A DNA stretch of 61,596 nt, the filler included, from an uncultured bacterium (GTDB lineage Bacteria; Latescibacterota; UBA2968): assembly GCA_964471275.1 (NCBI GenBank). It is 3 parts of 3 records of this genome, joined end to end, with 100 filler letters (N's around TTAATTAATTAA, not from the genome) between each part and the next. Parts side by side here need not be neighbours in the genome. Positions count along the whole stretch, not along the records: positions 1 to 20,664 come from CAYYGZ010000061.1; positions 20,765 to 41,215 come from CAYYGZ010000062.1; 1 more part is not named here. One strand, 5' to 3'. Positions 18,581 to 28,690 of this stretch are shown one piece after another. Under the pieces are notes generated by a model. That model made no database searches. It was not told the origin of the DNA and was given only the letters and a program-made list of their open reading frames with translations. The position numbers were made by a program, and so were the translations under genes. Within the stretch, counting starts at the first letter, position 1. Each line of letters begins with the position of its first letter.

Positions 18581-19856
18581 CTATCGCTCGAAGAATTGCT
18601 GACGTTCCGGGTCCACAGACAGATAACGGATAGGGCATTCGATCAGTGATTCCACTCGTTCTACATACCGCATCGTGTGGCCCGGGAGGTCAGCCCAGTC
18701 TGTCGTGGTCGAGATGTCGGTTTCCCATCCGGGAAGGGCCTCGTAGACCGGGGCCGCAGCCTCCAGATGCGACGAAGTGGGGAATCTGCCGGTCGTTTCC
18801 TCTTGAATTCGGTAGGCAGTGAAGACCGGAATCTCTGATAGATAGCTAATTACGTCCAGATTCGTCAGCACGATGTCTGTGGCTCCCTGGACGCGGCAGC
18901 CATAGCGGGTTGCGACAGCATCAAACCAGCCAACTCGCCTGGGTCAACCGGTAGTGGCACCATGTTCATGGGCGTCACCGCCCCGTCCGTGCACGTTCTC
19001 TGCCTCAGAACCTGCAAGCTCCGTTACGAATGGCCCAGCCCCGACACAGCTTGAATAAGCCTTTGTGGCTGCCGTTATTCCACTGATTTCGTAGGGAGGG
19101 ACGTCGGCATTGACCGATCCAAACCTGGCCAGAGGAGACGAGGAGGTGGGAAAGGGGTGAATACCGTGGTTCGAGTCACGCAGGGCTCCAAGCTGGTCTT
19201 CGAGCAGAATTGTCTGCCCTTCGGAAAGCGCGTCGTGAAGCAATTGCTCGGCGTCGCAGAGGAAGGGAGCCAGTTTGAACGGATAGAGTTCGAGCGTCTC
19301 CAGTACGTCGTCAACCTGGATTGGTGGACGGCCGTAGAGGTGTTAGATCAGGACGTTCTTCGTCTTGAGTGACTGAGCCAATCGGGATTCCAGACGCGTA
19401 CTATGGAAGAGCTCGTTTACCTGTACGCCGATTTTCAGATCCTCATCCGCATAGAACGGTGCGATTCCGGCCCTGGTTGAGCCAAAGGAACGGTCTCCCA
19501 GTCGTTCTTCCTCCAATTCGTCGAACAATGTGTGAAGCGGGAGGACGATTTGTGCCCGATCGGATATGACCAATTTTGGTTTCGGTACACCTCGGACCTG
19601 AAGCTCGTCGAGTTCATTGAAGAAGATATCTACGTTCAGTGTCACACCTGGCCCGCGGACATTCGTGACCTCAGGGAAGAAGACACCTGACGGAAGTAAA
19701 TGCAGTTGGAACTTGCTGAAGGGGTTGATGACCGTGTGATCGGGGTTGCTTCCGCCCTGGAATTGAACACGATATCTGCGTCCCTGGCAAAATAGTCGGT
19801 GACCTTTCCTTTTTCCTTGCCCCCCAGTTGGCTCCTACTGCGGCACGAATGGACAT
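18581..19856 (-). pseudogene. purA: Adenylosuccinate synthetase pseudogene
   Basis: Fragments in order: GANWG/GKGK, FQGGSN..HT, LHLLPSG, GSTRAGIAP, EDQLG, YSSCVGAGPF, GATTG*PRRVGWFD, YEALPGW. These are interrupted by several frameshifts and in-frame stops near 19343 and 18944. Confidence 0.92.
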
Positions 19857-20075
19857 ACGATCCCCCACTCTCGATAGGTCAGCTGCACAGAATCAAGCCT
19901 ATTGAATAGGGTGGGAGGATGCCAATTTGGAGTTTTGATTTTTGAGATGAGGAGGATTTATGGCAGGGGAGAGCAGTGTCAAATGACTGATGACAAGTGA
20001 CAAGAGGAGGATAGAGTTCAGGAAACACTGAAGGAACTGTTCACGAGTGTTTGGCGAGTCTCGCTAGTTCTCGTC

Positions 20076-20664
20076 TTACAGGTAGGGGAGATTGCGGGTT
20101 TTGAACTGCTGGTAAGGGTGTTTTGCCAGAGCGCCCTCATCGAGGTTGATCCCGAGACCGGGGGTAGTCGGTAGGGTGATGTAGCTGTCGTGAACCTCGA
20201 AAGATGGGCGGGAAATCTCCGTGCCTGTTTCCTCGAAGTTGAGGAAGTAATCGGTGATCAGGAAGTTTGGCATCGTGACTGCGGCGTGAAGGGTCGCTGC
20301 GAGGCCGATGGTTGTGCTGTTGTAAATATGGTGTGACACGGCAATGTGGAGACCTCTGTCATTGCCGCGATCTCCTTTAGCTCGAGAATGCCGCCGCAGT
20401 TGCAGACATCCGGATTGATGATGTCGGCCGCACGCTTCTCGAAGATGTCACGGAATTCTGCTTTGGTGTAGAGTTTCTCGCCAGTGATCACAGGCAAGTT
20501 GATGTTGTGCTTGGCTTCGGCCAGACTGTTTGGGTCACGAGAGGAAACGGATTCCTCATACCAATACGGTCGGTAGGGTTCCATCTCCCTCGCAACGCGA
20601 ATGGCGTTTACGGGCGGCAGACGACGATGAGCTTCGACCAGGATTTCAACATCCGGACCTACAG
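20076..20664 (-). pseudogene. Mandelate racemase/galactonate dehydratase-like enolase-family gene, frameshifted and cut by the contig end
   Basis: VEAHRR, WYEES, VITGEKL and INPDVCNCGGILE continue in another frame (near 20340-20355) as NSTTIGLAATLH...PGLGI. Confidence 0.8.
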
Positions 20665-20764
20665 NNNNNNNNNNNNNNNNNNNNNNNNNNNNNNNNNNNN
20701 NNNNNNNNTTAATTAATTAANNNNNNNNNNNNNNNNNNNNNNNNNNNNNNNNNNNNNNNNNNNN
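20665..20764. other. Artificial contig linker
   Basis: 100 nt of N containing TTAATTAATTAA, which has stops in all six frames. Confidence 0.97.
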
Positions 20765-20862
20765 CGGAGAGTGCGCGAAAGTATCTTGAACGGGCACTCG
20801 AGCTGAATCCTGAGGACGAGGAAGCGGATCAGATACGAATCACGATCTCCGAGTTGAAGTAA
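20765..20862 (+). CDS. C-terminal tail of a TPR protein (partial)
   Basis: Reads ESARKYLERALELNPEDEEADQIRITISELK*, a TPR helix-B pattern. Confidence 0.7.
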
Positions 20863-21078
20863 CCGTATCCGTATCTGGTAGGCGACAGGGCCGAAGGCTG
20901 TTCCTCCAACCAGGACCCGACACTTCCCTTCGACTTTGCTCTCTGGGCAGGCCTTCCGCGCTCCCTGGTGAAGGGGCGGCAGGGCAAGGCACTGTGAAGG
21001 TGCAGTCTCGTTGAACTGATTCAGTGAGTCATCCAGATTGGCAAAAAGTGTGAAGAACCACAGTATCTAAGGAGGCAT

Positions 21079-22122
21079 ATGCCGGTTTTTGATATTCAAA
21101 CGCTGGAAGTGAACTGCGCCAAAGTGTTCCGAGGCGCCGGTTTGCAGGAGAATGAAGCACAGCTGATCGCACGATCTCTTGTGATGGCAAACGTGATGGG
21201 CCACGATTCACACGGTGTGATCCGTGTTGTGCAGTACTGCAAAGCGCTCGCGGATGGGAAGGTGAAGCCCGGTCAGCAGATCAGTGTGACCCGGGAGGCG
21301 GACGCCTCTGCCGTCGTGGACGGAGACTGGGGTTTTGGTCAGACGATCTGTCACCAGGCGATGGATCTGGCGATCGAGAAGGCGAAGCAAAGGTCGGTTG
21401 CGGTTGTGGAGGTATTCAACTGCAGCCACATTGGTCGGTTAGGCGAGTATGTCGAATCGGCGGCCAAACAAGGCATTCTGGGGATCGTCATGTGCAACAA
21501 CCACGGGGGCGGGTTGCTGCAGCCGCCGTTTGGCGGGATCGATGCACGCATGTCCCCCAATCCAGTAGCGGTCGGTATCCCCACAGGAGGCGAGTTCCCC
21601 GTCGTCGTGGATATGACGTCGAGTGTAGTGGCCGAAGGGAAGATTCGCGTCAAACGCAACCGCGGTGAGACGCTCCCCGAGGGGTGGGTCGTCGACGGTT
21701 TGGGGGAGCCGACAACAGATCCGGAAAAGTTCTATGGGCCCCCACGCGGCGCCATCCTGCCGTTTGGCGGGATCAGCGCGCACAAGGGGTATGCGCTTGC
21801 GATCGTTGTGGATGTTCTGTCGGGAGCTCTCGGCGGCGCCGGGCTGAGTCGTGAAGGCGGGCAGAGCGGCGGAAACGGCGTGTTTGTGATGGCGATCGAT
21901 ATCGAAGCGTTTATCGGTAAGGACGATTTCGAGAAAGATATGCAGACCTTTATCGGATGGCTGAAGAGCTCACGTATGATGGACGGATTCGACGAGATTC
22001 TGTTGCCCGGCGAACTGGAGACCCGACAGCGCAAGGCGAAGGAGGCCGAAGGCATTTTTGTTGATGACGAAACGTGGCGTCAGATCGGGGAGACGGCGGA
22101 TGAGTTTGGCGTGTCCCTATAG
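21079..22122 (+). CDS. Ldh_2-family oxidoreductase (malate/L-lactate/ureidoglycolate dehydrogenase-like)
   Basis: GHDSHG, HIGRLG, NPVA, DMTSS, HKGYAL and LPGE. TAAGGAGG RBS. Confidence 0.93.
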   Translation: MPVFDIQTLEVNCAKVFRGAGLQENEAQLIARSLVMANVMGHDSHGVIRVVQYCKALADGKVKPGQQISVTREADASAVVDGDWGFGQTICHQAMDLAIEKAKQRSVAVVEVFNCSHIGRLGEYVESAAKQGILGIVMCNNHGGGLLQPPFGGIDARMSPNPVAVGIPTGGEFPVVVDMTSSVVAEGKIRVKRNRGETLPEGWVVDGLGEPTTDPEKFYGPPRGAILPFGGISAHKGYALAIVVDVLSGALGGAGLSREGGQSGGNGVFVMAIDIEAFIGKDDFEKDMQTFIGWLKSSRMMDGFDEILLPGELETRQRKAKEAEGIFVDDETWRQIGETADEFGVSL

Positions 22123-22178
22123 GACGGCGAGAGTCGGTTGAAGGTCTGCAGGGGCGCAGAGAGCAGGGGGAGAAGCGT

Positions 22179-22949
22179 ATGGCGTCTATAAAGGTTACGT
22201 TGTTGGGGCACGCGTCGATGTTGTTCGAGCCGGATTCGGGTGAGAAGATCTACCTGGATCCGTGGCTCGACGGGAGCCCGGCGTGCAGTCTTTCGGTCGA
22301 TGATATCGAGGAAGCGGATATCGTTGTCGCGACACACGGACACAACGATCACATTGGGGATTCCTACGCGCTCTGTCAGAAGACGGGCGCGACCTTTGTC
22401 GGGAACTACGAGCTGTGCGTTGTGGCGAGTCAGAATGGTTTGTCGCTCGGCGAGATGGCGATACCGTTCAATCCCGGCGGAACGGTCACTGTCGGTGATG
22501 TCCGGATAACGGCGACTCAGGCGTTTCACTCGCTGTCTATGTCACCGAACCAGTCGCTGGGAGCCAGCCCCGAAAACGGCTACTTCCACCCGGACGGCGG
22601 CGTGTGTGGGATCGTCCTGCAGTTTCCGAATGGGATCACTGTCTACGATACGTCCGATACTTCACTGTTCAGCGATATGCAATTGATCAGCCAGATGTAT
22701 GGACCCCAGATCGCCGTACTGCCCGTAGGTGGGAAATTCACGATGGGTGTAAGGGAAGGTGCGAGAGCCGCCAGCTTTATCCGGCCGGACATCGTGATCC
22801 CGAATCACTACGGGGAGGCAACCGGTCAACCCGCGGATATCGAGGCGCTCGAGGATGCGGTCGCTCTTCTCTCGCCAAACACGAATGTCGTGGCGCTCGA
22901 TCCCGGTCACTCTGTGACGTATTCCACGAGTTCTTACGATGTCTCGTGA
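22179..22949 (+). CDS. Metallo-beta-lactamase-fold hydrolase (UPF0173-like)
   Basis: LGHAS, LDPWL, THGHNDHIGD and IPNHY. Confidence 0.9.
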   Translation: MASIKVTLLGHASMLFEPDSGEKIYLDPWLDGSPACSLSVDDIEEADIVVATHGHNDHIGDSYALCQKTGATFVGNYELCVVASQNGLSLGEMAIPFNPGGTVTVGDVRITATQAFHSLSMSPNQSLGASPENGYFHPDGGVCGIVLQFPNGITVYDTSDTSLFSDMQLISQMYGPQIAVLPVGGKFTMGVREGARAASFIRPDIVIPNHYGEATGQPADIEALEDAVALLSPNTNVVALDPGHSVTYSTSSYDVS

Positions 22950-23012
22950 TGCATAAGGATCCCAACATCCGACGTCGGTCACTGGCGCTTCCTTCTCTTC
23001 GAAGCTTCCTTT

Positions 23013-24620
23013 ATGGATAGAGAACACGACGGTATTATCCTGGGATCCGGCCATAACAGCTTGATCCTTCAGGCATATCTGTGTCGTGCCGGTCTGGATG
23101 TCGTGTGTCTCGAACGTCGAGACATCGCCGGTGGTGGACTCGCGACTGTCGAGGACCCGAGGTATCCGGGGTTCCTGCACAACACGCATTCCTTCTACCA
23201 TCGGGCCATCACCCAGATGCCGTGGTTTGTGGACCTCGACGTTGCGCAACACGGCGTTCGCTACATCGAACCCGAACTGAACGTTGCCCTGGTTCGTGAA
23301 GAGGGCGAGGCGCTCGAGTGGTGGACGGATTTCGACAAGACGGTCGCCTCCTTCAGGCGGTTCAACGAGAAGGATGCAGATCGACTCCGATACTGGCGAG
23401 ATGCCTTCCTGCCGATTGTGGAGCAGATTCTGATTCCGGAGGCCCAGTCTCCGCCACTGCCGGCGCAGGACCGCCAACGTCTTCTCGAACGGTCGGATTC
23501 CGGAAGACTCCTCCTTGAAATCAGCAAGCTGTCTCCTCTGGCGTTTGTTCAGCGCGAATTCGAGCATCCTGTGATCCAGGCCGGATTGCTCTTCTTCAAT
23601 GGACTCCGTGAAGTCGACCTCCGGTGTCCCGGGTTCGGTCATCACATCGCTGCGTTGCTGGCCAGCTCGGGAAAGGCACAGATGTGTCTTGGGGGGGCGG
23701 CCGCACTCGCTCGTGGATTGGAGTCGAGTGTTCGATCGGTCGGCGGATCGATCGCGCTGCAGACCTGCCCCAGTCGGATCCTCACTGAAGCGGGGCGTGT
23801 CGTCGGTGTAGAGACTGCTTCGGGTGATCGAATCGGCGCGCGGCGCTTTGTCGCTTCCGGGCTGAATCCGAATCAAACGTTCGTCGACCTGTTTGACGCG
23901 GCAGACATTCCACCTGAGTGGAAGCGCAGAGTGGAGTCTTTCAAGTACAATCTGATAGCGCCCCTGTTTGGTCTAAATCTCAACCTGGATTCGCCGCTTC
24001 GTTTCGATGCAGCTACCGATCAGCCCGAGTTGAACGACGCCTTTATGGTGATCCTAGGGCTCGACCACGTCGACGCCTATCTCGATATGGTGGAGGCACA
24101 CGTTCAGGGTACTCAACCACCGCCGATCATGTGGGGTAGCTGTCCGACGCTGTTCGATCCGAGTCAGGCGCCGAAAGACAAACACACTGCCTTCATGTGG
24201 CAGAAGATGCCGTACAGGCTCGGTGGAGATCCCTGCAACTGGGATCGCGAGCGAGAACGTGTCGGTCGGGAGATGCTCGATGTCATGTTGAGACACTCTG
24301 ATGGCCTGCGTGATTCCGTGATTGGTCATTTCGTTCGGAGCCCTCTCGATGTTGAACGGAGCTTTCCGAACATGCGTCACGCAGACCTCCTCATCGGTGC
24401 CTTTACGAACGACCAGATCGGTTACAACCGGCCTTTTGAAGGGGCAGGGCACTACCGTGGTCATCTACCGGGTCTGTATCTTTGCGGTTCGAGCAGTCAT
24501 CCGGGTGGCAACATCACGGGGTTGCCCGGTTATAACTGTGCACAGGTTTTGATCGCCGATCTCGGACTCCAGGTGGATTGGACGCCCGAAAGCGTCGGTG
24601 ACCGGCTGGGGCGTCTCTGA
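23013..24620 (+). CDS. Phytoene dehydrogenase-like FAD oxidoreductase (COG1233)
   Basis: IILGSGHNSL...LERRDIAGG and C-terminal GLYLCGSSSHPGGNITGLPGYN. Confidence 0.9.
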   Translation: MDREHDGIILGSGHNSLILQAYLCRAGLDVVCLERRDIAGGGLATVEDPRYPGFLHNTHSFYHRAITQMPWFVDLDVAQHGVRYIEPELNVALVREEGEALEWWTDFDKTVASFRRFNEKDADRLRYWRDAFLPIVEQILIPEAQSPPLPAQDRQRLLERSDSGRLLLEISKLSPLAFVQREFEHPVIQAGLLFFNGLREVDLRCPGFGHHIAALLASSGKAQMCLGGAAALARGLESSVRSVGGSIALQTCPSRILTEAGRVVGVETASGDRIGARRFVASGLNPNQTFVDLFDAADIPPEWKRRVESFKYNLIAPLFGLNLNLDSPLRFDAATDQPELNDAFMVILGLDHVDAYLDMVEAHVQGTQPPPIMWGSCPTLFDPSQAPKDKHTAFMWQKMPYRLGGDPCNWDRERERVGREMLDVMLRHSDGLRDSVIGHFVRSPLDVERSFPNMRHADLLIGAFTNDQIGYNRPFEGAGHYRGHLPGLYLCGSSSHPGGNITGLPGYNCAQVLIADLGLQVDWTPESVGDRLGRL

Positions 24621-24626
24621 CACCGA

Positions 24627-24654
24627 TCCGCACCCTCCGTACCCTCCGTTGTTT
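24627..24654 (-). repeat. 9-nt-period triple repeat
   Basis: Minus strand reads AAACA-ACGGAGGGT-ACGGAGGGT-GCGGA, just after a stop codon. Confidence 0.6.
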
Positions 24655-24741
24655 CAGATCACTACATGCCAACTAATCAACGACCCTACCGAGTTCGATA
24701 TACTCGAACTGTATCGCAGTTGTCTATGAAAGGACAATTTG

Positions 24742-25908
24742 ATGGAGAGACTTGAAGCACCGTTGCGCCGGCTGATGGGCCCGGGGCCCCTGGACGTTCA
24801 TCCCAACGTGTATCGCGCGATGGCTGCACCCGTGATCGGGCATTTGGATCCGGCCTACCTCAAGGTGGCCGACCGGATCAGCGAGCTTCTGAGACCAGTC
24901 TTCGGGACGCAGAACAGAGTGACTAACGCGGCGCCTGGCACGGGTACGTCAGGTATGGAAGCCGCCGTGGCCAACCTTGTCGGTCCGGGCGATTCGGTGC
25001 TTGTGTGTGTTCATGGTTACTTTGGTGATCGCATCCGTCAAATGTGTGAACGGCAGGAAGCCGATATCACGGTGATCGAAGGAGAATGGGGTAAGCCGAC
25101 TGATCCCGAAAAGGTCGAGGCTGCGTGTAGAGAGAAGGCATTCAACGTGATCGGCATCGTACACGCCGAAACCTCGACAGGCGTGCTGCAGCCGATGGAC
25201 CACATTGCGCGGATCGCACGCGAGAACGGCGCTATGATCCTGATGGATACGGTCACGTCTCTCGGTGGCATTGAGGTGAAGGTCGATGAGTGGGGTGTCG
25301 ACGCGGCCTACAGCTGCTCGCAGAAGTGCATCGGATGTCCCCCGGGGCTTTCCCCCGTCACGTTCAGCGAGCGCGCATTCCAGAAACTTGAGGAGAGAGA
25401 GCCTCCTGTCAGGAGCTGGTATCTGGATATCCAATTGCTCGAGAATTACTGGAGCGACAGCCGGATCTACCATCACACCAGTTCGAGCACGCTGAATTAC
25501 GGTCTGCTCGAGGCGCTCACCTTGATTCACGAAGAAGGCATCGAGAATCGATTCGAGCGCCATCGCAAGAATCACCAGACATTGATCGCCGGTGTCGAGG
25601 CGATGGGGCTGTCGCCGTTTGTAGACGAAGCATATCGTCTGCCGACTCTGAACCCGATCTGTATTCCTGAGGGCGTAGACGATGCGACTCTTCGGAAGTA
25701 TCTGCTCCAGGAGTTCAACCTGGAGATCGGCGGGGGACTTGGGTCGCTTGCCGGGAAAGTCTGGCGAGTCGGGCTGATGGGATACTCCTCTTCGGCGGAG
25801 AATGTGTTGTTCTTTCTGTCGGCGATCAGCAGGGCGCTGGCTGTGCAGGGCGTGAAGACGGACTTGTCTGCCGGGCAGAATGCGGCGATGTCTACGCTGG
25901 GAGCCTGA
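24742..25908 (+). CDS. Alanine--glyoxylate/serine--pyruvate aminotransferase (class V)
   Basis: LMGPGP, GTSGMEAA, HAETSTG, DTVTSLGG and SCSQKC (PLP lysine). Confidence 0.93.
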   Translation: MERLEAPLRRLMGPGPLDVHPNVYRAMAAPVIGHLDPAYLKVADRISELLRPVFGTQNRVTNAAPGTGTSGMEAAVANLVGPGDSVLVCVHGYFGDRIRQMCERQEADITVIEGEWGKPTDPEKVEAACREKAFNVIGIVHAETSTGVLQPMDHIARIARENGAMILMDTVTSLGGIEVKVDEWGVDAAYSCSQKCIGCPPGLSPVTFSERAFQKLEEREPPVRSWYLDIQLLENYWSDSRIYHHTSSSTLNYGLLEALTLIHEEGIENRFERHRKNHQTLIAGVEAMGLSPFVDEAYRLPTLNPICIPEGVDDATLRKYLLQEFNLEIGGGLGSLAGKVWRVGLMGYSSSAENVLFFLSAISRALAVQGVKTDLSAGQNAAMSTLGA

Positions 25909-26486
25909 GGCAGAGGGAAACTGATGAATCTGGTCCTTTACTGATCTGTGTGGGTTCGATTACTGATGTAATATGATCCATAGGTTTCCAGGACCCGATG
26001 GTCTCGGTGAGGCTGAAAGGCATCGTTAAAGTTCAGGACCAGCAATCTTCACATATCCTCTTCAGATCAACTGTCGGGGCCTGGTGACTCGGTGCTGTCA
26101 CGCGATGTGTGATCGTGTTTTCTGCCCTGCCCCCGGTTTCAGCGCCCGCTCCACCGACTCACTTCTCTGAACGACCAGAGAAGTGAGCAAGAGAGTCGCC
26201 GCTTGGCGCGGTGCCTGCTAGATCACTTCGCGAGGCCGCGCCGTGCTGTTTGATAAGTCAGGTTGTTCCTTAAGGCCTTGTCAGTCTCTCCGAGCACCGG
26301 CGGGACTCGGGGCCGGTCCGAAGCGACGCTGGCTGACGGCCTGTCTAGCTGTCCTGGTCGATTGCCGAAATGCCAGTAGCGCGCAGGGCATTGCCAGGAG
26401 TGATACATCCGTGTAATGAGGCTACAGATGGCGCGAGTGATCCTAATCCGGTGCTTGATCCGGAGATGTTGGGATGGTGAGATAAG

Positions 26487-27646
26487 GTGACGTATCAGAG
26501 AGTCATATTGCGTCGGGGGAAGGAGCGGAGGCTGCTTGAGGGGCATCCGTGGGTGTTCAGCGGCGCGGTGGGGCAGCATCCTGACGGGGCTGAGCCGGGG
26601 TCGATCGTGGACGTCATCGATGCGCGGGGAGACTTCGTCGCGAGAGGATACTATAACGCGGAGTCTTCGATTCCGGTTCGTGTGCTGTCACAGGATGAGT
26701 CCGACACCATAGACGCCATATTCCTTCGGAATCGAATTAGCCAGGCGTTACAGCTTCGGAAGTCCTGGATCGATCAGAAGACGACGAATGCGTATCGCGT
26801 GTTTCACGGGGAGAGTGACGGGATACCGGGTCTGATCGTTGACCGATATTCAGACTTTCTGGTTGTCCAGTTTCACACGCTCGGTGTCGACGTGCATCGC
26901 GAGACAGTGGTCGAAATCCTGAATGAACTGATATCGCCCACGGGCATCTGGGAACGAAGCGATGTTGGTACAAGACGTGCGGACGGGTTAACGGATTTTC
27001 CCACAGGCTTGCTCGATGGGGACGAACCGCCCGAGTTGATCGAGGTTTCCGAGAACCGAGCACTGTTCGGTATCGACGTGCGGCGTGGGCAGAAGACGGG
27101 TTTCTTCCTCGACCAGCGTGAGAATCGGGCGACACTTCAGGGCTTCTCGAGAGATCGGGAAGTTCTCAACTGTTTCTGCTACACGGGCGGGTTCTCAATC
27201 TTTGCGGTGAGGGGGAAGGCGAAACAGGTAACGAGTGTCGATGTGTCGCAGCCGGCGATCGATCTGGTCGAGCACAATCTGAGGCTGAACCGGTTCGACC
27301 CGGAGTCGCATCCCTGTATTGCTGCGAACGTTTTCGATTACCTGAAGGACTGCAAAGCGGATAAGAAGCAGTTCGATGCAATCGTCGTGGNNNNNNNNNN
27401 CTTCCGATCTTCAGTCTGAATCGTAAAGCGATCGAGTTGCTGAGGCCTGGAGGCATTCTGGTTACGGCGTCCTGCTCTACGCAGATCGACTACGAGTCAT
27501 TCTTCACAATCGTCAAGCACGCTGCCTCTGCGGCCGGGCGGAATGTACAGATCGTGAAGTCACATCTGCAGGCGGTAGATCATCCGTCTCCGGTGTCGTT
27601 CCCGGAGGGGCGGTATCTGAAGTGTTTGTTTGGGGTCGTGAGTTGA
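26487..27646 (+). CDS. rlmI: 23S rRNA m5C1962 methyltransferase RlmI-like, interrupted by a scaffold gap
   Basis: PUA start GHPWVFSG, ESDGIPGLIVDRY, GQKTGFFLDQRENR, VLNCFCYTGGF and C-terminal FPEGRYLK. N-gap at 27391-27400. Confidence 0.88.
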
Positions 27647-27723
27647 ATCAGGGGAGACGGCGAAAGGCAGGGGAAGGGCGAAGGGGGATGGGGTGTAGGG
27701 GGTGGGTGAGACGGGGAAGGCGG

Positions 27724-27768
27724 CCCTCGCCCGGCTGGCGCTGACCTCTCCCGCTGGCGGGAGAGGGG
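27724..27768. repeat. GC-rich REP-like hairpin
   Basis: Perfect 10-bp inverted repeat CCTCTCCCGC-TG-GCGGGAGAGG, preceded by CCCTCGCCCGG. Confidence 0.6.
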
Positions 27769-27796
27769 GCAACCTGGCTTCAGTAAGGTTATTTCA

Positions 27797-28690
27797 ATGA
27801 GTGTTGTGGGTTGGCAATCTGTTGCGGAGCCGTCCGGGCGGTATCCGGCGTGTCATTGCTCTGTGATTACGGAACTGGACACGGGTGACATACTGGTGGG
27901 ATACTACGCCGGCAGTGGTGAGGCGCGTCCGGATGCGGCGTGGGTGATGACTCGTCGTCGGCCCGGGGAGCGAACGTTCGGGCCGCTCAGTGTTGTTGCG
28001 GATACTGATGGGAAGCCCGAGGGGAACGGGGTTCTGCACCAGAATGCCGATGGCACGCTCTACTGTGTTTACGGGACGATGCACGGACGACTGATCGGGA
28101 AGGCGGGGCCGGGTGTTCGGTGGCGGACCTGTGACCTCCGGATGAAGCGATCCGATGATTGTGGATTCACGTGGTCAGACGTGCGTGTGATCGATGAGCG
28201 GTGGGGAAATGTGCCGCGCTGCAAACCCATCCGGCTGCACAATGGTGACCTGCTGTTTGGTGTCGAGTATGACGATGGGAACTCACGGATCTGGCGGAGC
28301 GGGAACTCCGGATCGAGCTGGGAGATGTGTGGGTGCATTTTCGGGAGCCAGAACCAGCATCCGGCACTGGTCGAGCGATCGGACGGGTCTGTTCTAGCGC
28401 TGCTGCGGCCTTGCGGCGGTCAAGGGCGTATCCTGCAGAGCGTTTCGGCTGATGGCGGACGTCGCTGGTCACCGGCCACGCTGACGGTGCTTGTGTCACC
28501 GTTCGCCGGACTGGACGCGGTTCGGCTGCGTGACGGACGCTTTGTCGTGATCTACAACAGCAATCCGAGCGCGCGAAACCCCCTCACGATCGCCATCAGT
28601 GAGGATGAGGGCCGATCCTGGCCGGTGATACGAGATTTTGTGATGGGAGAGGGGCAGTTTCACTACCCGGCGATGACCCTGTATGGGTAG
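27797..28690 (+). CDS. BNR_2/sialidase-family protein with a probable premature stop
   Basis: HCSVITEL, Asp-boxes SDDCGFTW, SADGGRRW and SEDEGRSW, RNPL, and FHYPA. Confidence 0.82.
   Translation: MSVVGWQSVAEPSGRYPACHCSVITELDTGDILVGYYAGSGEARPDAAWVMTRRRPGERTFGPLSVVADTDGKPEGNGVLHQNADGTLYCVYGTMHGRLIGKAGPGVRWRTCDLRMKRSDDCGFTWSDVRVIDERWGNVPRCKPIRLHNGDLLFGVEYDDGNSRIWRSGNSGSSWEMCGCIFGSQNQHPALVERSDGSVLALLRPCGGQGRILQSVSADGGRRWSPATLTVLVSPFAGLDAVRLRDGRFVVIYNSNPSARNPLTIAISEDEGRSWPVIRDFVMGEGQFHYPAMTLYG

Noticed and set aside
20709..20720. TTAATTAATTAA palindrome as a biological site
   Set aside because: It is embedded in N-runs and repeated in the second linker, so it is a synthetic six-frame stop.
22662..23876. 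404-aa minus-strand ORF and other long antisense ORFs (e.g. 53231-54241, 57503-58501)
   Set aside because: They lie opposite well-supported genes, show no motifs and are expected shadows in GC-rich DNA.
23013..24620. Carotenoid biosynthesis (crtI)
   Set aside because: There are no crtB/crtE neighbours, and the sequence fits the broader COG1233 oxidoreductases.
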